IMG/VR virus record: IMGVR_UViG_3300029319_000010
Location: 50,214-114,213 of that record
Length of the DNA: 64,000 nucleotides
Direction: 5' to 3' (one strand)
Source of the DNA: a virus
The position numbers and the translations under genes are program-made. Under the pieces are notes generated by a model, which saw nothing but the letters and a program-made list of their open reading frames with translations, was not told where the DNA came from and did no database searches. Shown piece after piece: positions 45,017 through 55,800 of this stretch. The stretch's first letter is position 1. Every line of letters begins with the position of its first letter.

Positions 45017-46876
45017 ATGGAATTGAATAACAAGATTCTAAGTGATATTACTGTCCACATGAAATATGCACGGTATAATCCTGAATTAAAAAGAAGAGAG
45101 ACCTGGGAAGAACTGGTCACTAGAAATATGAATATGCACCTTAAAAGATATCCTAAACTATCAGATGATATAAAAGGGGCCTATGATTACGTGCTTGATA
45201 AAAAAGTACTACCATCTATGAGATCTATGCAGTTTGGTGGCAAACCAATAGAAATTTCTCCTAATAGAATATATAACTGTGCTTATCTTCCTATAGATAG
45301 TGTAGATGCATTTAGTGAAACTATGTTTTTGCTACTTGGAGGAACCGGTGTTGGTTACTCTGTACAAAGACATCATGTAGATAAACTACCACTAATCAAT
45401 AAACCATATAAAAAAAGAACAAGACGTTACCTAATTGGTGACTCTATAGAAGGCTGGGCAGATGCTATTAAGATGTTAATGAAGTCTTACTTAAATGGTA
45501 AAAGCTCACGCATAGTATTTGACTATTCAGATATTAGACCTAAAGGTGCTAGGTTAGTAACATCAGGTGGTAAAGCTCCTGGCCCACAACCATTAAAAGA
45601 ATGTATACTTAAGATCACAGGTGTTCTTCAAAATAAAGAAGATGGTGATTCACTTAGTACACTTGAAGCACATGATATTATATGTTACATAGCTGATGCT
45701 GTATTAGCTGGTGGGATTAGACGTGCTGCTCTTATTAGCTTATTTAGTGCTGATGATGATGAGATGATATCTTGCAAGTCTGGTGCATGGTGGGAGCTTA
45801 ACCCTCAGCGTGGTAGAGCTAATAACTCTGCTGTTCTAATGAGACATAAGATAACTAAGTCTTTCTTTATGGATCTATGGAAGAGAGTTGAGTTAAGTAA
45901 AGCCGGTGAACCTGGTATCTACTTTAACAATGACAAAGACTGGGGAACTAATCCTTGTTGTGAGATTGCTTTACGTCCTTTTCAGTTCTGTAACTTGTGT
46001 GAAGTTAATGTAAGCAACATTGAATCTCAAGAAGATCTTGAACTAAGAGTTAAAGCTGCTGCATTTATAGGAACACTTCAAGCGGGATATACTAACTTCC
46101 ACTACCTCAGACCAGTATGGCAAGAGACTACAGAAAAAGATGCACTTATTGGTGTATCTATGACTGGTATAGGATCTGGCAGAATACTTGGGTATGATAT
46201 GGAAGCTGCCGCTAAAGTAGTTAATAAAGAGAATACACGTGTTGCTAAATTAATTGGTATCAGAAGGGCTGCTAGAACAACAACAGTAAAACCTGCTGGT
46301 ACAACATCATTAACATTAGGAACTAGCTCTGGTATACATGCATGGCATAATGATTACTACATTAGAAGAATACGTGTAGGTAAGAATGAAGCTATATATA
46401 CATACCTTGCTAACAATCATCCTGCCCTTGTAGAGGATTGTGTGTTCCGTGGTCATGATACTGCTGTAATAAGCATACCTCAATCAGCTCCTAAAGGCTC
46501 TATTCTTAGAACTGAGTCTGCTTTTCAATTACTTGAAAGAGTAAAAAGAGTGGCAACGGAGTGGGTAAAGACTGGACATAGATCTGGGTCTAATACTCAT
46601 AATGTATCTGCTACTATCAGCTTAAAAGATGAAGACTGGGAGTTAGCTGGTGACTGGATGTGGAAAAATAGAGATCATTACAACGGTCTAGCTGTTCTTC
46701 CATATGACGGAGGTACTTATACCCAAGCTCCTTTTGAAGATATTTCTAAAGAAAAGTATAATGAAATGGTTAAGTCATTAATGGATATTGATCTATCTAA
46801 GATCACTGAAGAAAATGATGAAACCAATCTAACAGGAGAGCTAGCATGTGCTGGTGGTAATTGTGAAGTCAAGTAA
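45017..46876 (+). CDS. nrdJ: Class II (B12-dependent) ribonucleotide reductase
   Basis: RRETWEE, PSMR, YNC, TNPCCEI, FCNLCE, TVKPAGT, C-terminal ACAGGNCE; no nrdB nearby. Confidence 0.92.
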   Translation: MELNNKILSDITVHMKYARYNPELKRRETWEELVTRNMNMHLKRYPKLSDDIKGAYDYVLDKKVLPSMRSMQFGGKPIEISPNRIYNCAYLPIDSVDAFSETMFLLLGGTGVGYSVQRHHVDKLPLINKPYKKRTRRYLIGDSIEGWADAIKMLMKSYLNGKSSRIVFDYSDIRPKGARLVTSGGKAPGPQPLKECILKITGVLQNKEDGDSLSTLEAHDIICYIADAVLAGGIRRAALISLFSADDDEMISCKSGAWWELNPQRGRANNSAVLMRHKITKSFFMDLWKRVELSKAGEPGIYFNNDKDWGTNPCCEIALRPFQFCNLCEVNVSNIESQEDLELRVKAAAFIGTLQAGYTNFHYLRPVWQETTEKDALIGVSMTGIGSGRILGYDMEAAAKVVNKENTRVAKLIGIRRAARTTTVKPAGTTSLTLGTSSGIHAWHNDYYIRRIRVGKNEAIYTYLANNHPALVEDCVFRGHDTAVISIPQSAPKGSILRTESAFQLLERVKRVATEWVKTGHRSGSNTHNVSATISLKDEDWELAGDWMWKNRDHYNGLAVLPYDGGTYTQAPFEDISKEKYNEMVKSLMDIDLSKITEENDETNLTGELACAGGNCEVK

Positions 46877-47015
46877 ATTTAGTCCATATTTTTACAAAGA
46901 CAAAGACGGTAATACAGTCATGACCGTAGCATATCATCTAAAAAGAGGATATTGCTGTGGTAGTGGCTGTAAACACTGTCCTTTTAAATCAAAAGACCCA
47001 AAGCAAAAGCACTAA
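46863..47015 (+). CDS. 50-aa Cys-rich protein, DUF5522-like (not in ORF track)
   Basis: GTG start; GNTVMTVAYHLKRGYCCGSGCKHCPF. Confidence 0.75.
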   Translation: MKSSKFSPYFYKDKDGNTVMTVAYHLKRGYCCGSGCKHCPFKSKDPKQKH

Positions 47016-47058
47016 CCATTAGCATTATGTATATATAATTGGTAACATTTACTCTCAT
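46984..47058 (-). CDS. Possible 24-aa hydrophobic peptide
   Basis: MRVNVTNYIYIMLMVSAFALGLLI, 5 nt after TTTGTATATTA (47064-47074). Confidence 0.4.
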   Translation of the reverse strand: MRVNVTNYIYIMLMVSAFALGLLI

Positions 47059-47107
47059 ATAAATAATATACAAATCTAATATTAAGTATACGTTAAGGAA
47101 TTGTTAA

Positions 47108-50100
47108 CTATTTGTTACCTGTATATACATCTGTTTCATCATCAAAGTTTTTCCATCTTTGAATTGAATATGCCCAAGGAGTTATATCACCTATTTCTTT
47201 AATATACTTAGGCAGACCTCTTTTATTACCTCTTTGATAGAAGAATCTTTTATCTCTTTTAAGTTTTCTAAGAAGATCTTCATCAAAATATTTTGCATAT
47301 TGTATATATGGTATATGATGCAAGCTTGTTGCCACGTCCACCATTTCTCCTATAACTCTAGTAATTGGAAGTGGATCCGTGGTTTTCATAGTTATCAAAT
47401 CAGGTAAATTAAAAGGTGTAAAGAATAATACTTCTTTTGCTAACTTTCTTAATGAGTATCTTGCAAAATAACGGAATCTTCTTAAAAAAGTTCCTTTGTC
47501 ATGCGGGTTATCACCTCCAAATAAGAAAGCGGCTAAAGCTAAAGATGTTGCTATTACAAGATAATCATATAAAACCTTATATGCATTTCTTCTTCTAACC
47601 AAAGATATATCAGGATTTTGCGCATCAAAAGTTGCCTTGGCAGTTCCTTTATATATTTGTGCTACAAAGTTACCAAGAGCTCTTTGTCTACCTTCTACCC
47701 AACCTAGGTTTTCATCAAAATACAATGGAGAATATGCTGCTCTACCTAAAGGAGCAACCCACTTACCAAACTGCATTGCAAGCTCACCAAGGAAACTTGC
47801 CTGTAATTGTGTTTTATCATCATAAGCATAGTTACCATGTGCTTGTATATTAAGCTCTCTTATATCATTTCTTATTTTTGCATAGAATTTTTCAAACTGT
47901 TGTTTTGTCTGAACAGGAGTTGCAATTCTTTGATCACCATTTTCAGTAACACTAAGAGTTCTATTTTTAGTATCCATATAGTGTGTAAATCTACCACCTT
48001 CAGCAGCAATATCTAACTTATATTCACCTGTTGTTGAGTCAAAAATACCAATGTTTAATAAAGACTTTTCTTCTAATACTTTACCATCCTTATCTCTAAC
48101 TTGCATCTTAATAGTATCTAGATAAGATCTACCTAATATTGTTTGAACCTTATATTCTACACCATTATTTAAAGCAAAGGCTATATTTGCGGCACTTTCT
48201 GCAACGCCTGCCTGTTGAGCTCTTTGTCTCCCAATCTCTGCAACTTCTGCATAACTATCCATCATTCTCCAATAATCAGTTGATGCCCAGTATTCATTAG
48301 GAGCTTTCATTTTATCAAATCTACCTGCACCAGTAAGCCATGCATATGAACTTCTATGTCCCAGTTTAGCAAATAAACTAGGAAGTGCAGTGGCATAATA
48401 AGCTTTTGTTGCTCTAGCAACAGATCCTCTAGTTACCCAGTTTTGCCCTACAGCTTCTCTCCATGTTGCATTTGTACCTTGTACAAGGTTACCAAAGTTA
48501 GCAATAGGACTTGACCCAACATACAAGAATGATGTAAAAAACTTAAAATTATTTAATATCTTAGGCATATTAGCTTCTTGTCTACCCTTTCCTATATTTC
48601 TATAGAATGTATTTTTCATCCACGTTCTATATCTTTCTGGAAGTTTTGATTCTGATGCTGGTTTAGTTGCTAAACCTTCTGTGCTTGCTCCTCCTGGTTC
48701 AAGTGGATCATACAAACGCCCAGTTCCAACACCAGGAACAATACCTGCTGCAAGATCTGTATAACCTTTATTACCCACTAAACCTCCCGGTTGATATTTT
48801 GCACCATCAATTATATCTTGCACACTATTTAAAAAACCTTTTATTTGGCTCATATTATCATAATGATTTGCCATAGCCATAAAATCTATTAAATTACTAG
48901 CAGCATTTAAACTCATTTCATTTTTTGTAGGTGCATCTTCTAATAACATTATCCTTTGATCTATTTTTTCAATTTCTTCTTTATATTCTTTGGATGTTAT
49001 TTCATCATTATTTCTTTTAACTATAAGCTCTTCTTTTAACTCATATAGTTTTTCAATAGCATTATCATCTTTTGCATTTCCAACATACATAATTGGAGGA
49101 AGTTCTATATGCACACCAGCAATTTTATCAAAAGCAGAGCTTGCAGCCATAGTAGGTTTTAATGGATTTAATCTTGATTTAGCAAATTTCTTTCTTGCAT
49201 CTTTATTTGCAAAATTCCATCCACCCATTTTTTCATACATCCTTGTAAAGTAAGATCCCTCATTACTTAAATTATTAAAAAACTTATTAAATATTAAAGG
49301 ACTTTTACCATTAAATGATTGTTTAGCAGAAGCAGGGAGCATATTTAAATACTCTTCCATAAGCTTTGTATACATTAAATAGAATTCTTTTTTAGCTACA
49401 CCTAGCTGATCATTTGGATCAACTTCCATTATAGCTTTATACTTTGGATTTACAAGATTATCTCCATTTTGAGATACATCTCTAGGAATCCTAGTTAACT
49501 CTCCGTCTACAACTTTTCTATCAAAATCTTTTGGGGGTAAAATTTCTACAACACCTGTTGGTCCACCACCTAAAAAATCATATTCCATTTTTTGATAATC
49601 TTTATCAGGTTTATCTTTCCATTTGTTTCTCCACTTTTGATACTTATATCTACTAACATCAGATTTCTTTTGCCATTTACCACTAACAGTATTAAAATAT
49701 GCAACTTCTGCTCTAGCTTTTTTATAAGCATCGGTGTGTTTGTGATAATCACCATCTCTATATGTATATACACCATCAACTTTTTCTACAGTTTCTGGAG
49801 CATAAAATTTTGCAGCTCTTACTTTAGCTTTATGAACTTTAATATTATGAGCTTTATCCTTATCTGTTAAAACACTTGCATCTTTAATTATATATTCTAA
49901 CGGTTCTCCTAAAGCATCTCTAGTATCTTTTGTTTCTCTGTCCCATATAGCTTGATAATTTTTCCAATCTGTTTTTTGTACAATATTACCAGTAAAGTCT
50001 CCATTCTCTTTAAACTCATACATGTAATGAAAGAAATCTTTTACAAATCTTTTTTGACCTAATATATTTGTTGAAGGTTGTAGTCTTTCCAACTTCTGAA

Positions 50101-52864
50101 CAAGCGGTAAAACTTCATTCTCAATCCTTTTTTCAACCGTATTCATCCCATTTATCTTAGTTGATTTAAATAATTGATCAGCTAATGCTAATAAAGGATT
50201 ATCTGATCCTGCAACTGTACCAAGATAATAATCAGTACTTGTTTGATCTTGTATAAAATTTAAAAGATCATCTAATGCTGCCTCATCAAACTTTTCAGAC
50301 TCTCTACTATAAAATGGATTATTAGTATTATTCATTATATAGAGTTTGATTGCAGACTTTTTACCTTCAAGCAGTAGAGATTTTTTATTTTTTCCAGTAC
50401 CCATCAACTTATTAAGTTGTCTCTTTACTTTGTCTCTTAACTTGTTCTCTGAATCAGAAAATTTTATATCATTAGGTTCTATATTAAGTTCTTCAAGACT
50501 AGCTGAAGCATCTGCTAAGCTACTAAATGAATCAATAAAGTTTCCAAAGAAGTCAAGTGCACTTAAATAATCTTTATAGTTTACCATTTTTTTAGGATCA
50601 TTTATATAATCCGCCATCTTTTCAATTTCTTTTGATGCATTTGTTAACATCTTTTCATAGGTAAGATCAAAAGCTCCTGCTTCTAGACCATGTGAAATAA
50701 GACTATTATTTATATCAATAAACTTAAGTGTCTTTGCAGCAACAGAACCATCATCATTTAAAACTTTTTGTGAATTGATTGCACGTGTAGCTTTTTGTAG
50801 ATTTATAAATTCAACTCTATAGTCTTCTAATACTTTTGCACGTAACTTATTTGTAGCTATCCCTTCAAAAACCTCACGGTTGCTAAGATCTTTAGCTGCA
50901 GCTTCATAAGCATTTGATTCTATTTCTTCATCTGATAATTTAGATAATTCTTCTGATAAATTTTCTGATGCATCTTCTACACTTCTGTCTCGTGTAAGAG
51001 GTTTTACAATAAGATCTGTGTAATCTGTATAATTAGATATATCTTGGGAGATAGGGGCTTCTACTGTTCCATCTGCTTTTATAATTATTGTCTTAGCTTT
51101 GTCACTAGTTTTATAGCCTTTATTTTGTAATATCCTTAGTTGAGCACTAGCCTCTATACCAAACAACATCTTTCTTGTAATACCATCAGGTAATAATTTA
51201 GAAAATGCTCCATTTTGATTTAACTTTAAAGTTTCAATAATACCCGCATCTCCAATATCATTAAATATATTTATAGGTGTAAGATCACCATTCTCTTCAA
51301 TAGCAAGCAAACTTATTGTGCTAGCACGTTTAGACTTTGTATCTGCAACAACTACATTTGGGACTATAACAGCACCTATTTCTTTATATCCTCTTACTCT
51401 TTCAGATAGTCCTTCATATATTTTTTTTATATAGTCTTCATTATTTATTGTCTTTAACTTAGATATGTCAACATCTTGATTTAATATAACAGCCTCTGCA
51501 ATTATATTTAAATCTTGTGATCTTTCTGTTACACCTTCTTGACTAATATCAAGTTCAACACCCATATAATCCATGACAGATTCACTTACATCATTAACAT
51601 CATCTATATTATAGTATTTACCATCAACATTTATTACTATAGGATCTTCTAATTGTTTTATATAATCTGCTGCTGTAAAATTTTCTATGTTTCTTTCTGC
51701 TTCTCTACTTGCATATGTAAGTCTATCAACTATATCTTTTTGTTTATCAGTTGCTTCTTCATTTATTTGAGTTATTAATGCAGATCTATTATCAGACAAT
51801 GCAAACTGAACTGCTGTATTTTTAATTACCTCATCATTTAAATTAAACTTTAAATCTTTTGTATTTAATAACTTAGTTATATCTGATATAGTACTTGTAG
51901 ACTTGATATCTGCTACAGAAAGATTAGCCCCGGATATATATTTAAATAAGTTTTTTACAACATTACCAATAAACTTTAGCAAGTCCATTACTCTTTGCTT
52001 CCAAGTATTTGTAGGTTCTTGTTCAAACTCCTTATTAAAGTTATTACTTAACGCTTTAGTTAAAAACTCTCTGTCTAAGTTCTCTTGAGTATAGTTCTTA
52101 TATATCTCTTGTGTTTGTTCTAGTAGCTCTGGATATATCTTTTTAGCCTCTGATAATAAATTTTTATATAAAGCATTGTTCTCTGCCTCCACTGTGTTTA
52201 CAAACGGGTGTAGTATTTCTTCAGCAACTGTCTCCGGGCTTACACTACCTTTTACAATCTTAACTGTATTATCAACATAGTAAGCTTTAACATTAAAGAA
52301 TGATGATCCATAACTTAATTCTTTTTGTTCTTCACTAAGATTATCATAATATGCTCGTGCCTCTTGTCTACTAACTACATCTATATCAAGCTGAGGAAAC
52401 ATTTTTAACATATGATCTATAACATCTAGTGAGTGAGCATCATTATCTCTAGATAGAATCATATTAGATTTATTAAACTTAGAAGCATCTATTTCTAAAA
52501 CTAAACCATCTCCCATAAACTTTACACTATAACTTGAAGGCGGAACACTCCAAACTTTCATAAGTCTATATATCTTTTGAGTGTTTTTAGTTTGATCTGG
52601 TTTAACCATATACATGTCACCAACTCTTGTTACTAAATTTCTATTTGAAAAATTATTTAGTAATATATTTTTATATGAGTTTTGATCAACAGACATAGCC
52701 TCTTCCTTTTGTCTCAAGAATGTATTTACATCTTGCAAAGAAGGCAGGGCCTCTGTGTTATTACTTTCTTGCCACTTAGTCATAATGCTATCTACAACTA
52801 TAGGGTTCTTATACTTAGCATTTATAGCTTTCCATTGGGCTGTATTTCTATTAAAACATGTCAT
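47108..52864 (-). CDS. Giant virion (ejected cargo-type) protein, 1918 aa
   Basis: Follows the vRNAP gene; degenerate zincin (AEEILH) and nuclease-like segments; hydrophobic helix near the C-terminus. Confidence 0.75.
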   Translation of the reverse strand: MTCFNRNTAQWKAINAKYKNPIVVDSIMTKWQESNNTEALPSLQDVNTFLRQKEEAMSVDQNSYKNILLNNFSNRNLVTRVGDMYMVKPDQTKNTQKIYRLMKVWSVPPSSYSVKFMGDGLVLEIDASKFNKSNMILSRDNDAHSLDVIDHMLKMFPQLDIDVVSRQEARAYYDNLSEEQKELSYGSSFFNVKAYYVDNTVKIVKGSVSPETVAEEILHPFVNTVEAENNALYKNLLSEAKKIYPELLEQTQEIYKNYTQENLDREFLTKALSNNFNKEFEQEPTNTWKQRVMDLLKFIGNVVKNLFKYISGANLSVADIKSTSTISDITKLLNTKDLKFNLNDEVIKNTAVQFALSDNRSALITQINEEATDKQKDIVDRLTYASREAERNIENFTAADYIKQLEDPIVINVDGKYYNIDDVNDVSESVMDYMGVELDISQEGVTERSQDLNIIAEAVILNQDVDISKLKTINNEDYIKKIYEGLSERVRGYKEIGAVIVPNVVVADTKSKRASTISLLAIEENGDLTPINIFNDIGDAGIIETLKLNQNGAFSKLLPDGITRKMLFGIEASAQLRILQNKGYKTSDKAKTIIIKADGTVEAPISQDISNYTDYTDLIVKPLTRDRSVEDASENLSEELSKLSDEEIESNAYEAAAKDLSNREVFEGIATNKLRAKVLEDYRVEFINLQKATRAINSQKVLNDDGSVAAKTLKFIDINNSLISHGLEAGAFDLTYEKMLTNASKEIEKMADYINDPKKMVNYKDYLSALDFFGNFIDSFSSLADASASLEELNIEPNDIKFSDSENKLRDKVKRQLNKLMGTGKNKKSLLLEGKKSAIKLYIMNNTNNPFYSRESEKFDEAALDDLLNFIQDQTSTDYYLGTVAGSDNPLLALADQLFKSTKINGMNTVEKRIENEVLPLVQKLERLQPSTNILGQKRFVKDFFHYMYEFKENGDFTGNIVQKTDWKNYQAIWDRETKDTRDALGEPLEYIIKDASVLTDKDKAHNIKVHKAKVRAAKFYAPETVEKVDGVYTYRDGDYHKHTDAYKKARAEVAYFNTVSGKWQKKSDVSRYKYQKWRNKWKDKPDKDYQKMEYDFLGGGPTGVVEILPPKDFDRKVVDGELTRIPRDVSQNGDNLVNPKYKAIMEVDPNDQLGVAKKEFYLMYTKLMEEYLNMLPASAKQSFNGKSPLIFNKFFNNLSNEGSYFTRMYEKMGGWNFANKDARKKFAKSRLNPLKPTMAASSAFDKIAGVHIELPPIMYVGNAKDDNAIEKLYELKEELIVKRNNDEITSKEYKEEIEKIDQRIMLLEDAPTKNEMSLNAASNLIDFMAMANHYDNMSQIKGFLNSVQDIIDGAKYQPGGLVGNKGYTDLAAGIVPGVGTGRLYDPLEPGGASTEGLATKPASESKLPERYRTWMKNTFYRNIGKGRQEANMPKILNNFKFFTSFLYVGSSPIANFGNLVQGTNATWREAVGQNWVTRGSVARATKAYYATALPSLFAKLGHRSSYAWLTGAGRFDKMKAPNEYWASTDYWRMMDSYAEVAEIGRQRAQQAGVAESAANIAFALNNGVEYKVQTILGRSYLDTIKMQVRDKDGKVLEEKSLLNIGIFDSTTGEYKLDIAAEGGRFTHYMDTKNRTLSVTENGDQRIATPVQTKQQFEKFYAKIRNDIRELNIQAHGNYAYDDKTQLQASFLGELAMQFGKWVAPLGRAAYSPLYFDENLGWVEGRQRALGNFVAQIYKGTAKATFDAQNPDISLVRRRNAYKVLYDYLVIATSLALAAFLFGGDNPHDKGTFLRRFRYFARYSLRKLAKEVLFFTPFNLPDLITMKTTDPLPITRVIGEMVDVATSLHHIPYIQYAKYFDEDLLRKLKRDKRFFYQRGNKRGLPKYIKEIGDITPWAYSIQRWKNFDDETDVYTGNK

Positions 52865-52866
52865 AT

Positions 52867-55800
52867 CTATTTACCTTTACATTTTTTAATATCCTCCATA
52901 AATTCCTCTTTTGTATCATATAGTTGTTTAGGATCTTGATACAAAGCTATCAAATCTTCTGCACTTCTCACACCTAAACCACCTAAATTTTCTGCTACAG
53001 CAATATTTTGTTTTTCTGACTCTGTAAGTTTATCATACTCTTCAGTCAAAAACTTAACATCCTCATTTTGTTCACCGGGTATTTCAAGAGCATCTTCTTT
53101 TAATCCTGTTAAATCTATTTCTAACTCTTCTTGTGCTTCTTCTAATTCCTCTGCAGTAAATTCAAGATCTTTAAATGGATCAAGCCCCTCTTGCTCTTCA
53201 GTTATTTTTACTTCTTTTGGTTTAACATCTGCCCCTTTCTCATTTTTAAAACCTTGCTCAGTGGCACTTATAGCATCACCTAATTCTCCTAACTGATTAG
53301 TATCTTCTTCAGCTAGTCCTTCTACTAAGCTAGTAGGATCAGTTTCCATAAACTCTTGCATAGGTATCTTATTTTCTAATCTGTCTTTTCTATTTTCCAT
53401 CAATAAGCTAAACGCAGGTCTTTTACTTGTAAATACATCACCTATATCTGTTGCACTATCTACACCTAAAGATTCAGTTTCAGTGTATATAGCATTAACA
53501 CCTAATATTTCACTAACTCTACCATCTGTTTCTGATTTTAAATTATACATTAAAGTTTGTTGATCAGCACCTCTATCTAAAATCTTTGGTACAGTAACAC
53601 TTGTTAACACTTCTGTAATAAACGTTGTCTCTTTTCCTGACCCAGTTTTAATTTTTCTAACTAATGGGAATTTAATTAAGTCATAATCTTTATTATTGAT
53701 TGTAAGATTAACAACCTCAAAACCTTTTCCTTTTAATTGTTTTTTATTTAAGCTCAATCTCTTTTTAAAAGCCTCAACACTAAGTTGTTTACCATATTGT
53801 TTTTTCTTTTGAGCTTCATACTTTCTTATAAGTCTACCTTTGAGTTTTCTATCTTGAGCAGGGCCAAGTTTTGCAAATAAGTTTACATAAGTTTCACCTA
53901 GACCTGAATCAAATTGAACTGCTCCACCTTGAACTGCTGCAGGTTGTTTTTCTGCAACTTCTTCTGTAGTCTTCTTTACAAGAGTTAAATAACCTTTTAG
54001 TCTTGAATCTGTATTAGACATTGCATCATAATACTCTTTAGTATATCCTGTTAAAATAGAAAATTTTGATGAAAAGTTTTTTACACTTTTTTGTTTCTTA
54101 GTTAATCTTATTATATCAGTAATTTCATATGGATTACCCTCTGCACCTATTCGTATAATATGACCCTTCTTTGCATTAGCATATAGTTTATTCTCTGTAG
54201 ATATTGCTTTTATCTGACCAGAAAATAATCCCTCTTCTAATGATATGTCTTTTTTATATCTACTATCTTCAGCAGCTATATTATAGTTTAAACTTGACTC
54301 ATCTTTAAATTCTTTTAATGCTAATCTTGCATTACCTGCCCTACTAACTTTTAAATTAAAACTATTTTTATGTGATAGCAATATACTTTTTACAACTTGA
54401 TTAGTTATTTCATTTAACGTTGCTCCAAAAACTTCTCTATATCTTGTATCATCTAATGTTTCTGATTTTAAAAGACTATGTGCAGGGCTTACAGCACTAA
54501 TGATATCCTTCAACATTACAGGAGGCATAACATTTATAAAAGAATCTCTTGCAAAAGTAAAGCCATCTTTAACTAATAAATAGTTTAATAGATGGTTCAT
54601 GTCTTGATAGTTTTGTTCATCTTTTGTATAGATGTTTGCTATATCACGTCCTATCTCTATCATCATTGCATCTGGAACTGTCTTCCAAGTATTTGCAACA
54701 ATCCTATCAATCATTTGCTTATTATTAGGATTATCATATGTAATAGGTTTTAAGAAGTCATATAAGAAGTAACTATCAGGATTATTTTTCATAAGCCTTC
54801 TCATTACATCCATAATAATTAATGGTGTATTCTCACTTGCTTCAGGATATATAATACCATTATCTAGTGTTACTAACCTTTTTCCATCACCTCTAGTTTT
54901 TAGTCTATGTATAAAAGACTTTGCTGTTAAATATGATATTATACTTTTCTTTATTTCACCTCTACTCTCAACAGATCTTGCAGCACCTTTATAGTGAGAA
55001 AGAACTATATCAGTTATTTGTTCAAAAGGTTTTGTTTTAGAAATAAACACAGAAGGAGTAACTTTATTAATCATACTTGCCATTCTATATAATGTTGTCA
55101 AATATGGTTGTGTTTTAACTCCACCAATATCATTTATCTGACCAAAGAACTTTCTAAAGTCTACAGGTACACTACTATTTTTAAAATCACTATCTGATTT
55201 ATTTATATCTAAGTCATCTAAAGATTTTAAAGATCTTTCTAGGTCTAAAGTTGATGATCCTATACCATCTATAAAGTTTGGTAGAGCAATAAACTTATTT
55301 GTTGCTCGTTTAATTCTTTCTAAAGTTAAAAATTGTTGTAAAACTTTAAGCTCTGCTTCTTCTAATTTTTCATATGCTTCTGAGCCAACCTCAACTTCAC
55401 CCGTAAACGTTTTACTTAAAGTTTTTACACCTCCAACATACTCCCATGCATTTAATTGTTCTGTTAAAACTTCTGTTGACATACGTAAAGTAGCAGCATT
55501 TTCTAGAAGGAATGGTTTATCGGTTGTCATTGCTTCTATCTTTTTTTCTATAATTTTAGAAATATTAGCAGGTTCATTATTTCTAATTTTACTACTATAC
55601 ATTCTATATACATCTTTAATTGTAGGATGATTAACCATCATTACAGGAATTCTAATTGGCATACCAAGTGCTACACCATTTGCTACTGTAGATAGTGCTT
55701 GTTTATTAAGACCTAAGAAATATGCTATATTGTATTTAGCATTGTCTGTCATCCCTGTGATCTCTGCAGATCCCATAAACGCTCTTCTTATAAGTTCATT

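Noticed and set aside
30372-46876. Introns or inteins in the DNA polymerase or nrdJ
   Set aside because: Both are contiguous and of normal length with no intein or homing-endonuclease motifs
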